Source: an uncultured Nitrospinota bacterium (GTDB lineage Bacteria > Tectomicrobia > Entotheonellia > J063 > CAVPRW01). From it: a stretch of 64,000 bases of DNA. A model generated the notes under the pieces. It did no database searches and was not told the DNA's origin. It saw nothing but the letters and a program-made list of their open reading frames with translations. Within the stretch, counting starts at the first letter, position 1, and each line of letters starts with the position of its first letter. Shown here piece after piece: positions 42,632 through 51,777 of this stretch. The DNA lies in the NCBI GenBank assembly GCA_963707985.1, contig CAVPRW010000028.1:1-64000 (forward strand). The letters run 5' to 3'. The translations under genes were made by a program, and so were the position numbers.

Positions 42632-44245
42632 TCAGTCCCGGATGCCCTTCAAGTGCTCTGCAAGACGAAGGGTTAAGGCCACGATGGTCAATGTCGGGTT
42701 AGCATACCCGGATGTGGGGAAGATTGAACTGCCAGCAATATACAAATTCCTGATCCCATGTACACGGCAATCTCTGTCGACCACCCCCGTGTGTGGATCC
42801 TCACTCATGCGTGTCGTGCCGATGTGATGCGACGCGTCGGTGTAACGGAGATAGTTCAGTTGCTGCGATGTATCATCCAGGTATCCGATGTGGGCCTTTT
42901 TGAGAGCGGAGTTTACCAACTCCTGCAGGCGTAGGAGGCTCTTCGTCTCTTCATTCCCGACTTTCCAGTCCAAGACTAGGCGATTCATCTGTAACCGGTC
43001 GCGTTCATGGCTGAGATAGACTCGGCTCTGGGGATTAGGGGGCTGCTCGCAATAATTGACCACGATAAGCTCCGTCACCCCGCCGCTGATCGCATTCTTG
43101 ATCATTTTGATCAGTCGGTATAAGAAATGTGGCAGCAGCTCTCGAGGAGCCAAGAGATAGATGAGCTCAGGAACATGGGGGAGCTTTGCACCGGATAGAC
43201 TGAACCTGTTCCCCGAGTACCCCTTCCGCAGGAGGATCTTCATCGTATGCACAAATGATTGGTATGCTTGTGCCGACTGCTCCGACCAGTGACGTTCAAA
43301 GGTCAGATAATGGTTGAGTAACCCCTCGCGTTTTTGCGTCTCCTCAGAGAATTGAATGCCTACCTGAGCCATACCCTCAGCCAAGGGAAATCCCAACAGC
43401 ATTGGAAATTTATAGGGTCTCGACAGTTTAACCTTGCCAAACACCGCCCGTGGGTGATCCATGAAATATCGACCAACCACATCGTACTGATTTCCGATGC
43501 CGTTCCTTTGTACACTGCGTGAGACGAGGAGCAACCGGGCATTTTCCATGCCGCCACAGGCCAGGACGAATCGCTTGGCCCTGATGCGGAAACTCTTGCC
43601 ACTTAACGATACGACATTTAACGCTTCAACAGAAGTGCCGGCATAATTCAAAAGAATTTCTGTGACATTTGCACTCAGATATACAGACACATGGCGTGAG
43701 TGCTTCAGCTGAGATCTGTATGCTGCGCCAAATCGCAGCGGCTTCTTGGCCCACACGGAGATGTTTGGCTTCAAATCAGCATTGTCAAAGAGGGCTTTCT
43801 CCTGCTGACTCATCTGACGGCACAGTGTGATTTTCTCAAATCTCTCAACTGATGGTAGCCGCAGGATGTTCTCTGCTAGCCCATAGTAACGATCCAGTTC
43901 CGCATAGGCAATCGGCCAGCCACTCTGCGGAATCCACTCCCGTGGCATGACATCCAACTCGGTGAGCTTCATGCTCCTGCCAGCCCACAAGTTGCAGCTC
44001 CCGCCAAAATATCGAGCCCGGGACATGAAATTCTCCCGCACCGGGTAACCAGCGATTTCAAGGTCATAGAGCGATTGGGTTTCCTCGTCAGGGCCGTAGC
44101 TCCCGCTTTCGATGAGGCAAACGGTAGACGAAGACCCATCTAATGCAGTCGCCAGCGTAATCCCCGCCGCGCCAGAACCCACAATGCAGATATCGGCACT
44201 GATCACAGAATTCGATTCGAGATCATGAACATCAATCAGAGGCAT
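42632..44245 (-). CDS. GMC family flavin oxidoreductase
   Basis: IVGSGAAG, GGSCNLW, LACGGMENARLLL, GRYFMDH, HHIGTTRM, GSSIFPTSGYANPTLTI. Confidence 0.92.
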   Translation of the reverse strand: MPLIDVHDLESNSVISADICIVGSGAAGITLATALDGSSSTVCLIESGSYGPDEETQSLYDLEIAGYPVRENFMSRARYFGGSCNLWAGRSMKLTELDVMPREWIPQSGWPIAYAELDRYYGLAENILRLPSVERFEKITLCRQMSQQEKALFDNADLKPNISVWAKKPLRFGAAYRSQLKHSRHVSVYLSANVTEILLNYAGTSVEALNVVSLSGKSFRIRAKRFVLACGGMENARLLLVSRSVQRNGIGNQYDVVGRYFMDHPRAVFGKVKLSRPYKFPMLLGFPLAEGMAQVGIQFSEETQKREGLLNHYLTFERHWSEQSAQAYQSFVHTMKILLRKGYSGNRFSLSGAKLPHVPELIYLLAPRELLPHFLYRLIKMIKNAISGGVTELIVVNYCEQPPNPQSRVYLSHERDRLQMNRLVLDWKVGNEETKSLLRLQELVNSALKKAHIGYLDDTSQQLNYLRYTDASHHIGTTRMSEDPHTGVVDRDCRVHGIRNLYIAGSSIFPTSGYANPTLTIVALTLRLAEHLKGIRD

Positions 44246-44503
44246 TGCGTTCCTCTCTGAGGATGTAGAGCCGGGTGTGGTGACGCTCGCACATGAATTA
44301 AGAGCAATCGTAGCATTTCCGAACGGAGTGTGAAAGATCAATAATATACTCGACTGTTGCGATTTGGGGTGTCCACATTGGGTCGCACGGGAACCATGTG
44401 TCGTTGTTTGGCAAATAACTGAGCAATGGCTTCGGAAGTCATTCGCTCTAGGGATAACGTTAGCCATAGACACCCATCCCCCTGCTGCATAGCGGCTTTT
44501 TCA

Positions 44504-44533
44504 TTGACAAATCCTTCCAGGTTGCGCCATAAA
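44504..44533 (+). promoter_or_regulatory. Possible sigma70 promoter for the 44626-48010 operon
   Basis: Perfect TTGACA at 44504-44509; weak -10 CATAAA 18 bp downstream. Confidence 0.35.
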
Positions 44534-44625
44534 TCAACTAGCAGCACCTTGTTGGCGTAAGGGAGTGACCCCCATCCGCCGGATCGGCTGCAGCGCTGCC
44601 ATGCCTCGCATCCTAGGAGCCGTAT

Positions 44626-45465
44626 ATGGAGCCTGACGATTTCCTGCAAGCCCAGCAGGCGCGGTTGACCGAAATGCTGCGCCCATATCAGCGTGAGGTC
44701 AACCGCAGGCAGGGAATCGCCGACTTCGTCAATCGCTGTCTCCGCAGCGCCAGCCGAGATGATTTTTTTCAGCTCTACGAGCTGCTGCACAGTCGCACGG
44801 CCAACGAGGTCGAGGCGGAGCCTGGCTGGGAAGGCGCCAAAGAGGTTTTTGACCAGCTGCGTGCTGACGCCACGCAGAAAGTTGAACGCTATCAGCTCCG
44901 CTTCCGAGAGGATTTTATTCGGCTGGTGGAAGAGGCTGGGTTGCCGTTGGAGGACGACTTCCCCCGCTTGCGGTTGCTCAAGGGCATTGAGCTGGAGGTC
45001 GTGTTCGCCGAAAAGCGTACCTTACTGAATGGCAGGCCGCTCAAAACCGTCGATCCGACACGTCTCATACGCGCCATCGTAGCGCTGCAGCGCCACCTCT
45101 ATGACCGCCCTTTCGACCCGCAAGGCTTCATTGATGGCCTCTTCGGCGTATACCAAAAGGTTAACCAGGCCGCCGGTAGAGCTGACGGCGATACTGCGCC
45201 GATCCAGACGATCTATGTGGAATATACACTGTCGCTGCAATCGCGCAGCTTCTTCCAGGATATGGCCAAGGGCAAGTTTCGCGGCTATGACGCCGACCAA
45301 TTCGCCGTAGACTTCTGGCGGTATTTCAGCTCTGGCGTTGCCGCCACGTCGAATGGTCATATCCTGCGCCTGAGTCCGGGCCGGAACAACGCCTTATGGC
45401 TGATCGATACCTCTGGCGAGAGGCGTCGGATCAGTGGTCTATCGTTTCAGCGGGGTGAGGTATGA
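44626..45465 (+). CDS. Hypothetical protein, first gene of the putative defence operon
   Basis: AGGAG RBS; 279 aa; ATGA overlap with the next ATPase gene. Confidence 0.8.
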   Translation: MEPDDFLQAQQARLTEMLRPYQREVNRRQGIADFVNRCLRSASRDDFFQLYELLHSRTANEVEAEPGWEGAKEVFDQLRADATQKVERYQLRFREDFIRLVEEAGLPLEDDFPRLRLLKGIELEVVFAEKRTLLNGRPLKTVDPTRLIRAIVALQRHLYDRPFDPQGFIDGLFGVYQKVNQAAGRADGDTAPIQTIYVEYTLSLQSRSFFQDMAKGKFRGYDADQFAVDFWRYFSSGVAATSNGHILRLSPGRNNALWLIDTSGERRRISGLSFQRGEV

Positions 45466-46766
45466 CTGCGGTAGAATCGTTGGAGCAGTTACAGCCAGTG
45501 GAGGCGCGTACCATCATCGAGCATCTTCGGCGCGGCAGCGTGCCGGTTGAGCAGGTGCCATGTTTCACGGTAGGACGGGAGCGCTGGCTGAGCATCATCG
45601 AAGACGATCTCGCCCACTACATCGGCGCGGGTGGCACCAAGGTGCGCTTCCTCAACGGCGACTATGGAGACGGCAAAACACATTTTCTGTCCATCATTCA
45701 GCACCTGGCTATACAAGAAGGCTTCGCCGTCTCCTTCGTTGTGCTGACCCGCGAGGTACCAATGCAGAAATTCGAGCTGGTCTACCGCGAGATTGTCTCC
45801 AGCCTGGCCACAGCGTCGGGGACACGAGGTCTTCGCGGTCTGATCACGCACTGGTTGGATACCCTGCAGTCGAACCTTGGCGAAGCACCGGACGAGGCCA
45901 CCCGTGCAGCGCGTCTGGAGGCGCTGGCAGAGACTCTGCGCGGCCTGGAGGGCATGGACCTGAACTTCGCCAATGGCCTGATCGCCCTGGCTCAGAATCG
46001 TTTTCGTCCGCTGGCCGGCGCGGAAACATCAGAGACACGGGAGGCTGAGCGCTATACTCTCTACGAATGGTTCGAGGGTGGGCGCCTGAGCAAGCGCGAG
46101 CTCAGAGCATTCCAGATCTTCGACACCCTGAATAAGACCAACAGCAAGCGGTTGTTGGTCTCGCTCATCTCGTTCATACGCTACCTGGGCCATCAGGGCC
46201 TGATCCTGCTGCTGGATGAGTTGGAGACGGTGATGACTCAATCGGCAGCGGTGCGCAACGCCGCCTACGAAAATGTGCGACTCTTCATCGACAACGCTGA
46301 ACAGGCACACCATCTGCACGTCTTCTTCTCCATCATCCCCGACGTCATCCTGGCGGACAAGGGATTCAAATCCTATGATGCGCTGTGGAGTCGCATCCGG
46401 TCCGTGGGGGAGAGCCGCCGGCTGAACTATCGCAGCATCGTCATCGACCTGCATCGCACCCCACTGGAGGGTTCCGAGCTGATCGAACTGGGCAAGCGCC
46501 TGCGCCGCATTCATGAGTGGGCGTATCGCTGGCAAGCCGAGCCCATCATGACTGACGCCTTCATCCAACAGGTGTGCGAAACGCAGCAGCGCATGGGACT
46601 CTTGCCGGAAGTGCGTTTGTTCATCAAGCAAATCGTGCGCTATCTGGACATGGCAGAGCAGGATGGTACCCTGGAGGGCGTTGACCTCACCGACCAGATT
46701 CTCGCCACTCAAAAGGAAATCGCCCAGGAGCGTATCGAACAACCGCCCCCAAAATGGGATGCTTGA
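45462..46766 (+). CDS. BrxD/DUF2791-like P-loop ATPase (copy 1)
   Basis: IIEHLRRGSVP...VGRE, GDYGDGKTH Walker A, GLILLLDELE Walker B, SYDALWSRI. Confidence 0.85.
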   Translation: MTAVESLEQLQPVEARTIIEHLRRGSVPVEQVPCFTVGRERWLSIIEDDLAHYIGAGGTKVRFLNGDYGDGKTHFLSIIQHLAIQEGFAVSFVVLTREVPMQKFELVYREIVSSLATASGTRGLRGLITHWLDTLQSNLGEAPDEATRAARLEALAETLRGLEGMDLNFANGLIALAQNRFRPLAGAETSETREAERYTLYEWFEGGRLSKRELRAFQIFDTLNKTNSKRLLVSLISFIRYLGHQGLILLLDELETVMTQSAAVRNAAYENVRLFIDNAEQAHHLHVFFSIIPDVILADKGFKSYDALWSRIRSVGESRRLNYRSIVIDLHRTPLEGSELIELGKRLRRIHEWAYRWQAEPIMTDAFIQQVCETQQRMGLLPEVRLFIKQIVRYLDMAEQDGTLEGVDLTDQILATQKEIAQERIEQPPPKWDA

Positions 46767-48010
46767 TGGAAACCGCCACTCCGCCAGGCCTGGAGGGTTA
46801 TTCCGCATTTCAGTTACGGCGTGTGCTCGAGCGCCTGCGTGAGGGCCTCTACGACCCGTTGGCGGTCCACCTGCTGACGGCCCACAGGGAGGAGCTGGAT
46901 GCCCGGCTCCGTCAGGATCTGGCCAAGGTGGACGCAGGGGCCGGGGCACACCTGTGCGTCTGCGGTCCTTACGGACAGGGGAAGTCGCATACGCTGGCTT
47001 ACCTGCAAGAGGCTGCCCTGCAGCAGGGCTATGCAGTGAGCGCCATCAACCTGGACCCACGGGAAGCGCCGCTACACCAGTTTCGGCAGGTCTATCGTGC
47101 CTTGCTGCAAGGGGTAACCTTCCCGGCGGTGTCTGAGAACCCTCCGGCTTACGCGTCACTCATCGACGCATGGAACGCCTGGGCCACAAGGCAGGCCCGC
47201 ACCTCTAAGGATGGCGCCGGCGTGGTGGCCGCTCTCCTTCCCGCCGAGATGCCGCATGTCTTCAAAGCCATTTTGGTAGCATTAGCCCAGCCCACGCTGG
47301 AGGTGGCGCCACGGCAGCGAGGGTTTGCCCGCTACCGCGATTTCCGGCCGGGGGAGTTCCCCTGGACACTCCGTCGCGCTCTGCAGGGGGACACCGTCCC
47401 TGCAGTTCGCCTGCGCGCCGCCCTGAAGTATCGTCAGGTGCCGTTTTACCGCGAAGCATCGCTGGCGTTGTCCAGCGATGAGCCATTCCTGCAGATGGTC
47501 CTGGCGCTGCCACAGCTCTTCCGCCGCATGGGCTATCGCGGCTGGGTCCTGTTGTTCGATGAGGGCGAAGCCATATCCCAGGTGCGACGCCCGCAGCGCG
47601 CTCGCAGCTATCGTATCTTGCACCGCCTGCTCTGTCCTGATTCCCCATCTTTGGGCTTCTATCCCGTCTTTGCCTTCACTCCAGACTTTTTTCAACGCCT
47701 GCAGGAGGAAGACTACCGCCTGCCCGACTTCGATGGCAATTACGCCGAGGCCTGGCGCCAGCTGTCGATCTATCAGCTCCGGACCCTATCGCAGGCGGAT
47801 TGGCTAGCCCTTTGCGGCCCCCTGGTCACGGTACATGAGGCAGCCTATGGCTGGCATGCCGACCCGGAACGTCTGCTGTCGCGGCTCACAGCGCTCCTCC
47901 CTGCCCTGCCCCTGCAGGACCCACGCTCGACTTTCAAGTCCCTGGTCGATGAGCTCGATCATGTGCACCAACAGGAGTGGTTTGCGCAGCACACTGTACA
48001 CCGCACGTGA
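46766..48010 (+). CDS. BrxD/DUF2791-like P-loop ATPase (copy 2)
   Basis: TGATG coupling; VLERLREG, GPYGQGKSH Walker A, GYRGWVLLFDEGE Walker B, FAFTP. Confidence 0.8.
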   Translation: METATPPGLEGYSAFQLRRVLERLREGLYDPLAVHLLTAHREELDARLRQDLAKVDAGAGAHLCVCGPYGQGKSHTLAYLQEAALQQGYAVSAINLDPREAPLHQFRQVYRALLQGVTFPAVSENPPAYASLIDAWNAWATRQARTSKDGAGVVAALLPAEMPHVFKAILVALAQPTLEVAPRQRGFARYRDFRPGEFPWTLRRALQGDTVPAVRLRAALKYRQVPFYREASLALSSDEPFLQMVLALPQLFRRMGYRGWVLLFDEGEAISQVRRPQRARSYRILHRLLCPDSPSLGFYPVFAFTPDFFQRLQEEDYRLPDFDGNYAEAWRQLSIYQLRTLSQADWLALCGPLVTVHEAAYGWHADPERLLSRLTALLPALPLQDPRSTFKSLVDELDHVHQQEWFAQHTVHRT

Positions 48011-48179
48011 CCGGCGGGCACATAGGCGGTCTTCCCCGCGCCAACACGCTCGAGCCATTGCTCCAAAAACGGCCTTGCGTTACTATCACCCCATGATAGT
48101 AGAGCGATACGATCAGTCCGAGAAGCCTTTATCGTCTCCTCGTTACCATCCCGAGTTGTCATGAGGCCGACTACGGTTG

Positions 48180-48992
48180 ATGAAAGGGCTTGGTTTGATA
48201 AATCCCAAGGACAAGATCATTACATCGTTACAAACGGCCCAGGCTGAGCTGGAAAAAGCACTACAGGACCTGGCCCGACTCCCGGCCTTCGACGCCAACC
48301 GTGTGCAGTTTGCCGCTCACACGTTGACCAATTATCTAACTGTGATCGCCGCAGGCATTGACTTGCTCCAGCTGCATTTGATCACCCACCCGGATGAGCA
48401 GACACACCGCTGGCTGGATACCCTGCGGCATGCTACAACGCTCATGACGCATACCGTCCTGGAGTTGACGAATACCCCCACGGCTGAGCGCGCACAATTC
48501 CGTTGGGAGAAGATGGATTTACCGACCCTCGTCCAGCGGGCCCGCGACCACTACCAACGGGTGGCAGATCACAAGCAGATTACCATCAGTTTCGAGACTG
48601 ACGTGCCATCGCCGTTCGTGTGGGCCGACCGCGTCGCGGTGGCGGCGGTGCTCGACAACCTGCTCTCCAACGCCGTGAAGTTTTCTCCGCCCCAGAAGCG
48701 GGTCTGGGTCCGGGTCACGGCGGAACCGACACATCTCGTGTGTACTATACAGGACGAGGGGCCAGGGTTGAGTGCCGAAGAACAGACCAGACTGTTCCAA
48801 CGCGGCGTCCGACTCAGCCCCGTACCCACGGGAGGGGAGCCGTCCAGCGGCTATGGGCTGGCCGTGGCCAAGGACTTGATCGACAAGCTCAACGGCGAGA
48901 TCTGGTGCGAAAGCCGGCCTGGACAGGGTGCTTCATTTGCCTTCCGCCTCCCAATGTATGCAGAGGAGCAACACGGTGCGGCTGCGACGTAA
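48180..48992 (+). CDS. Orphan cytoplasmic histidine kinase (HisKA-like + HATPase_c)
   Basis: AAHTLTNYLT H-box; NLLSNAVKF N-box; DEGPG G1; SGYGLAV G2; no TM or sensor domain. Confidence 0.88.
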   Translation: MKGLGLINPKDKIITSLQTAQAELEKALQDLARLPAFDANRVQFAAHTLTNYLTVIAAGIDLLQLHLITHPDEQTHRWLDTLRHATTLMTHTVLELTNTPTAERAQFRWEKMDLPTLVQRARDHYQRVADHKQITISFETDVPSPFVWADRVAVAAVLDNLLSNAVKFSPPQKRVWVRVTAEPTHLVCTIQDEGPGLSAEEQTRLFQRGVRLSPVPTGGEPSSGYGLAVAKDLIDKLNGEIWCESRPGQGASFAFRLPMYAEEQHGAAAT

Positions 48993-49116
48993 TGGCACAG
49001 TCTCGACCCCATTTACAGCGTGTGGGCCCAGCCGATGGCTGGCGTCGATGCGTGATAAAAGTGCCAGGCACCGCTCAGCGTGGAAGCCATCAGTTCAACA
49101 TGCCAAGAGATAGGCT

Positions 49117-51777
49117 GTGATGACCTCTCCTCTCCTCCAGTTACCGAATACCTACCGCGCATTCTATGGTAGCTTTACCGTCCTGCGTCCCTTCCAACAC
49201 CAGGTCATCTCACCCATTCTCCAGGGCCATGATCTGATATTACAAGCGGCTACCGGCAGCGGCAAAACTGAGGCGGTATTGGCCCCTTGCCTGGAACGGC
49301 TGATTGCCTCCGGCCGCGCCCATACGATCCTGTACGTGGTGCCGACAAGGGCCCTGGCACAAGACCTGCGGCGCCGCCTGGAGCCGATCATCCATGAGCG
49401 CCTGAGCCTACATCTAGGCATACGCACCGGGGATGTGAAGCGGTTGCCGGCAGGACACGCTGATGTGTTGCTGACAACGCCTGAGTCGCTCGACGTCATG
49501 CTCGGTAGCCCAAATCACGACATCCGGGCCTTCTTACAGCGGGTGAGCGTGCTCATCATCGATGAGGTTCACCAGTTCATCCAGGGCTATCGCGGCCGCC
49601 ATCTGGCCTATCTCCTGCAGCGCCTCGAACGCCGCCGTCGCGAACGGCTGCAAAAACTCGCCCTCTCGGCCACGTTGGCGGGACCAGAAGTAATCCGCAC
49701 CGTCCTGGGGTTGCAGCCGGACGCAGTGTTCATCAGCAGCCCTGTCCAACGCCAGCTCCAGCCGCATCTGGTGCACTTGCAGCGCGAGGACGAGGAGCTG
49801 GTCGTGTTCGTCGACGATCTCGTGCGGCGCTTCGGCCACCGCAAGCTGCTGCTGTTTGCCAACAGTCGTAGTCGCTGCGACCGACTTTTCGCCCTGCTAC
49901 GCCAGCGGGGCTACCTGCAGCAGTCCACCTATCTGCATTACAGCAATCTCAAACCGCGCCAGCGGCAGGAGGTTGAGCGTCAATTTCAACGCCAGGCACA
50001 GGCCCTGTGTATCGCCACCAGTACCCTGGAGTTGGGTATCGATGTCGGAGATGTCGACGCCGTCATCCTGTACGAGCCGCCAGAGAGCGTCACGACGTTC
50101 GTGCAACGCCTCGGACGGGCCAACCGACAGGCGCAGACGACGACCTTCTGGGGCATCTGCCGTGGACCCCGCGCCAGCGAGCAACTCCTGCAATTTCTGG
50201 CCCTGTGCGGCCTGGCACAGCAGGGGGTGGTGGAAGCGGTGAGACCTGGTGACCTGCCGAGCGTCCTCGTGCAGCAAATCTTGTCCTGTCTGTATGAACA
50301 CAAGACGCTGTCGCCCGCCACCCTCCAGGCGCTCACCTTGCATCAGGCCGAGGCGCTGGAGATGTTGATACCAGCGCTGGAAGAGCGCCACTGGTTGCGA
50401 CGCGACGCCGTGTATGCCGGGCAAGATAGCTGGCGCGGCGGCTGGCGCTATGCCGAAGCCCTGCTGGCACGTCAAATCTGGAGCAATTTCCCCGACACGG
50501 AAACCATGTACACCTTGGAGGTGGACGGTGAATCAGTAGCCGATCTTCCAGCCTCGGTCACCCGGCAACTGGCGGTAGGGGATCAGGTTGACCTGACCGG
50601 CCGACGCCTGCAGATCCTGGCCATCCAGGACGGCGAACATCGAGCGGTGCGGGCCACGCCCGTAGAGTCTCAGGAAGCCAAGGAGCTGTTCTGGATCGGC
50701 AGCGGCCCACCGGTCTCCTGGGAGGTGGCACAGGCGGTGCGGCCCCTGCTTCAGCCTCATGCCACTCTCGAAGCGGCCGTGGAGCAGGGCCTGTTTTCCC
50801 GCACCCGGGCCTTGTGGCGTCGCCAACAGCAAGGGGCTCAGCGGCAAGTGGTGCTGCACAATGACATCGAGCTGAGCCGTACCCCGCAGGGTCTCTATCG
50901 TTATGCCACGTATCTGGGATCGATGGGGAATCTCATCCTGCACCGCACCATCGAGGCCTATTACGGGCCACGGCTCGAAGATTTCAGCTGCACCGCCGAC
51001 GCCTTGGCCGTGGAATGCACACACCGCATCGACGTGCAACAGCTGCCGCTGCCGATCGGCCGGCAGGCCTTCCGGCACTGGGCTGCCCAGCATCTGCAAG
51101 CGTTGCAGGCCTTGCTGCCGCTGAACACGTTCTGTCGGGCCTTGCCGATAGCACTGCTGGTCGAGGAGGTGACCGACTGGCTGTGGGATGAGCGCCTGTC
51201 GCAGGCCTTTGCCCGTTACCGAGAGTGCACCTCGGCAATCGCCCATGGCGATCCACGGCTCCTGGAGTGGGACGATACGCTGCAGGCCCAGGCCCAGCGC
51301 CCAGTCACAACTATGCCGCTGCGTGCCGGACCACAGCCTACGATGCTGATGCAAGAGAAAGCGCTTCTGGGTCTGACGGCTGATACCGGACCGCTACTGC
51401 CAGTGGTACCCCCAGTGCACCAGACGCCACGTGCGTTGACCGGCACTATGCTCGGCAACTACATCCAGCATCGGCAGTGTGATCGACTGCTCAGCTTCGA
51501 TTTCCTGCCCTTCGCACAGCAGCCAGCGAAGCGTGCGTTGGTGGATAGCGCATTGGGCGCGGCGCGGGCCGAGCGCGGGAGGACATTCGAAGACCAGGCG
51601 CTGACCTGGCTGCAGCAGGAGGGCGTGCCACTCTATTGCATTGCGGAGCGGGATGTCGCTGGCCGGCGCTTTTCCTTGCAAGAACGCCAAGTGCAGAGTT
51701 TTGAGGCGCTCACGAAGCTCGTCGACACGTGTGCGGCGTCTTTCCTCACCTCACCCGTTTGCCCAGGAGGAGCATGA
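49117..51777 (+). CDS. Lhr-like DEAD/DEAH SF2 helicase plus start of a PD-(D/E)XK nuclease domain (5' part of a probable single frameshifted gene)
   Basis: AATGSGKTEA, PTRALAQD, TTPESL, IIDEVH, SAT, ATSTLELGIDVG, QRLGRANR; tail GNYIQHRQCDR...RGRTFE. Confidence 0.85.
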   Translation: MMTSPLLQLPNTYRAFYGSFTVLRPFQHQVISPILQGHDLILQAATGSGKTEAVLAPCLERLIASGRAHTILYVVPTRALAQDLRRRLEPIIHERLSLHLGIRTGDVKRLPAGHADVLLTTPESLDVMLGSPNHDIRAFLQRVSVLIIDEVHQFIQGYRGRHLAYLLQRLERRRRERLQKLALSATLAGPEVIRTVLGLQPDAVFISSPVQRQLQPHLVHLQREDEELVVFVDDLVRRFGHRKLLLFANSRSRCDRLFALLRQRGYLQQSTYLHYSNLKPRQRQEVERQFQRQAQALCIATSTLELGIDVGDVDAVILYEPPESVTTFVQRLGRANRQAQTTTFWGICRGPRASEQLLQFLALCGLAQQGVVEAVRPGDLPSVLVQQILSCLYEHKTLSPATLQALTLHQAEALEMLIPALEERHWLRRDAVYAGQDSWRGGWRYAEALLARQIWSNFPDTETMYTLEVDGESVADLPASVTRQLAVGDQVDLTGRRLQILAIQDGEHRAVRATPVESQEAKELFWIGSGPPVSWEVAQAVRPLLQPHATLEAAVEQGLFSRTRALWRRQQQGAQRQVVLHNDIELSRTPQGLYRYATYLGSMGNLILHRTIEAYYGPRLEDFSCTADALAVECTHRIDVQQLPLPIGRQAFRHWAAQHLQALQALLPLNTFCRALPIALLVEEVTDWLWDERLSQAFARYRECTSAIAHGDPRLLEWDDTLQAQAQRPVTTMPLRAGPQPTMLMQEKALLGLTADTGPLLPVVPPVHQTPRALTGTMLGNYIQHRQCDRLLSFDFLPFAQQPAKRALVDSALGAARAERGRTFEDQALTWLQQEGVPLYCIAERDVAGRRFSLQERQVQSFEALTKLVDTCAASFLTSPVCPGGA

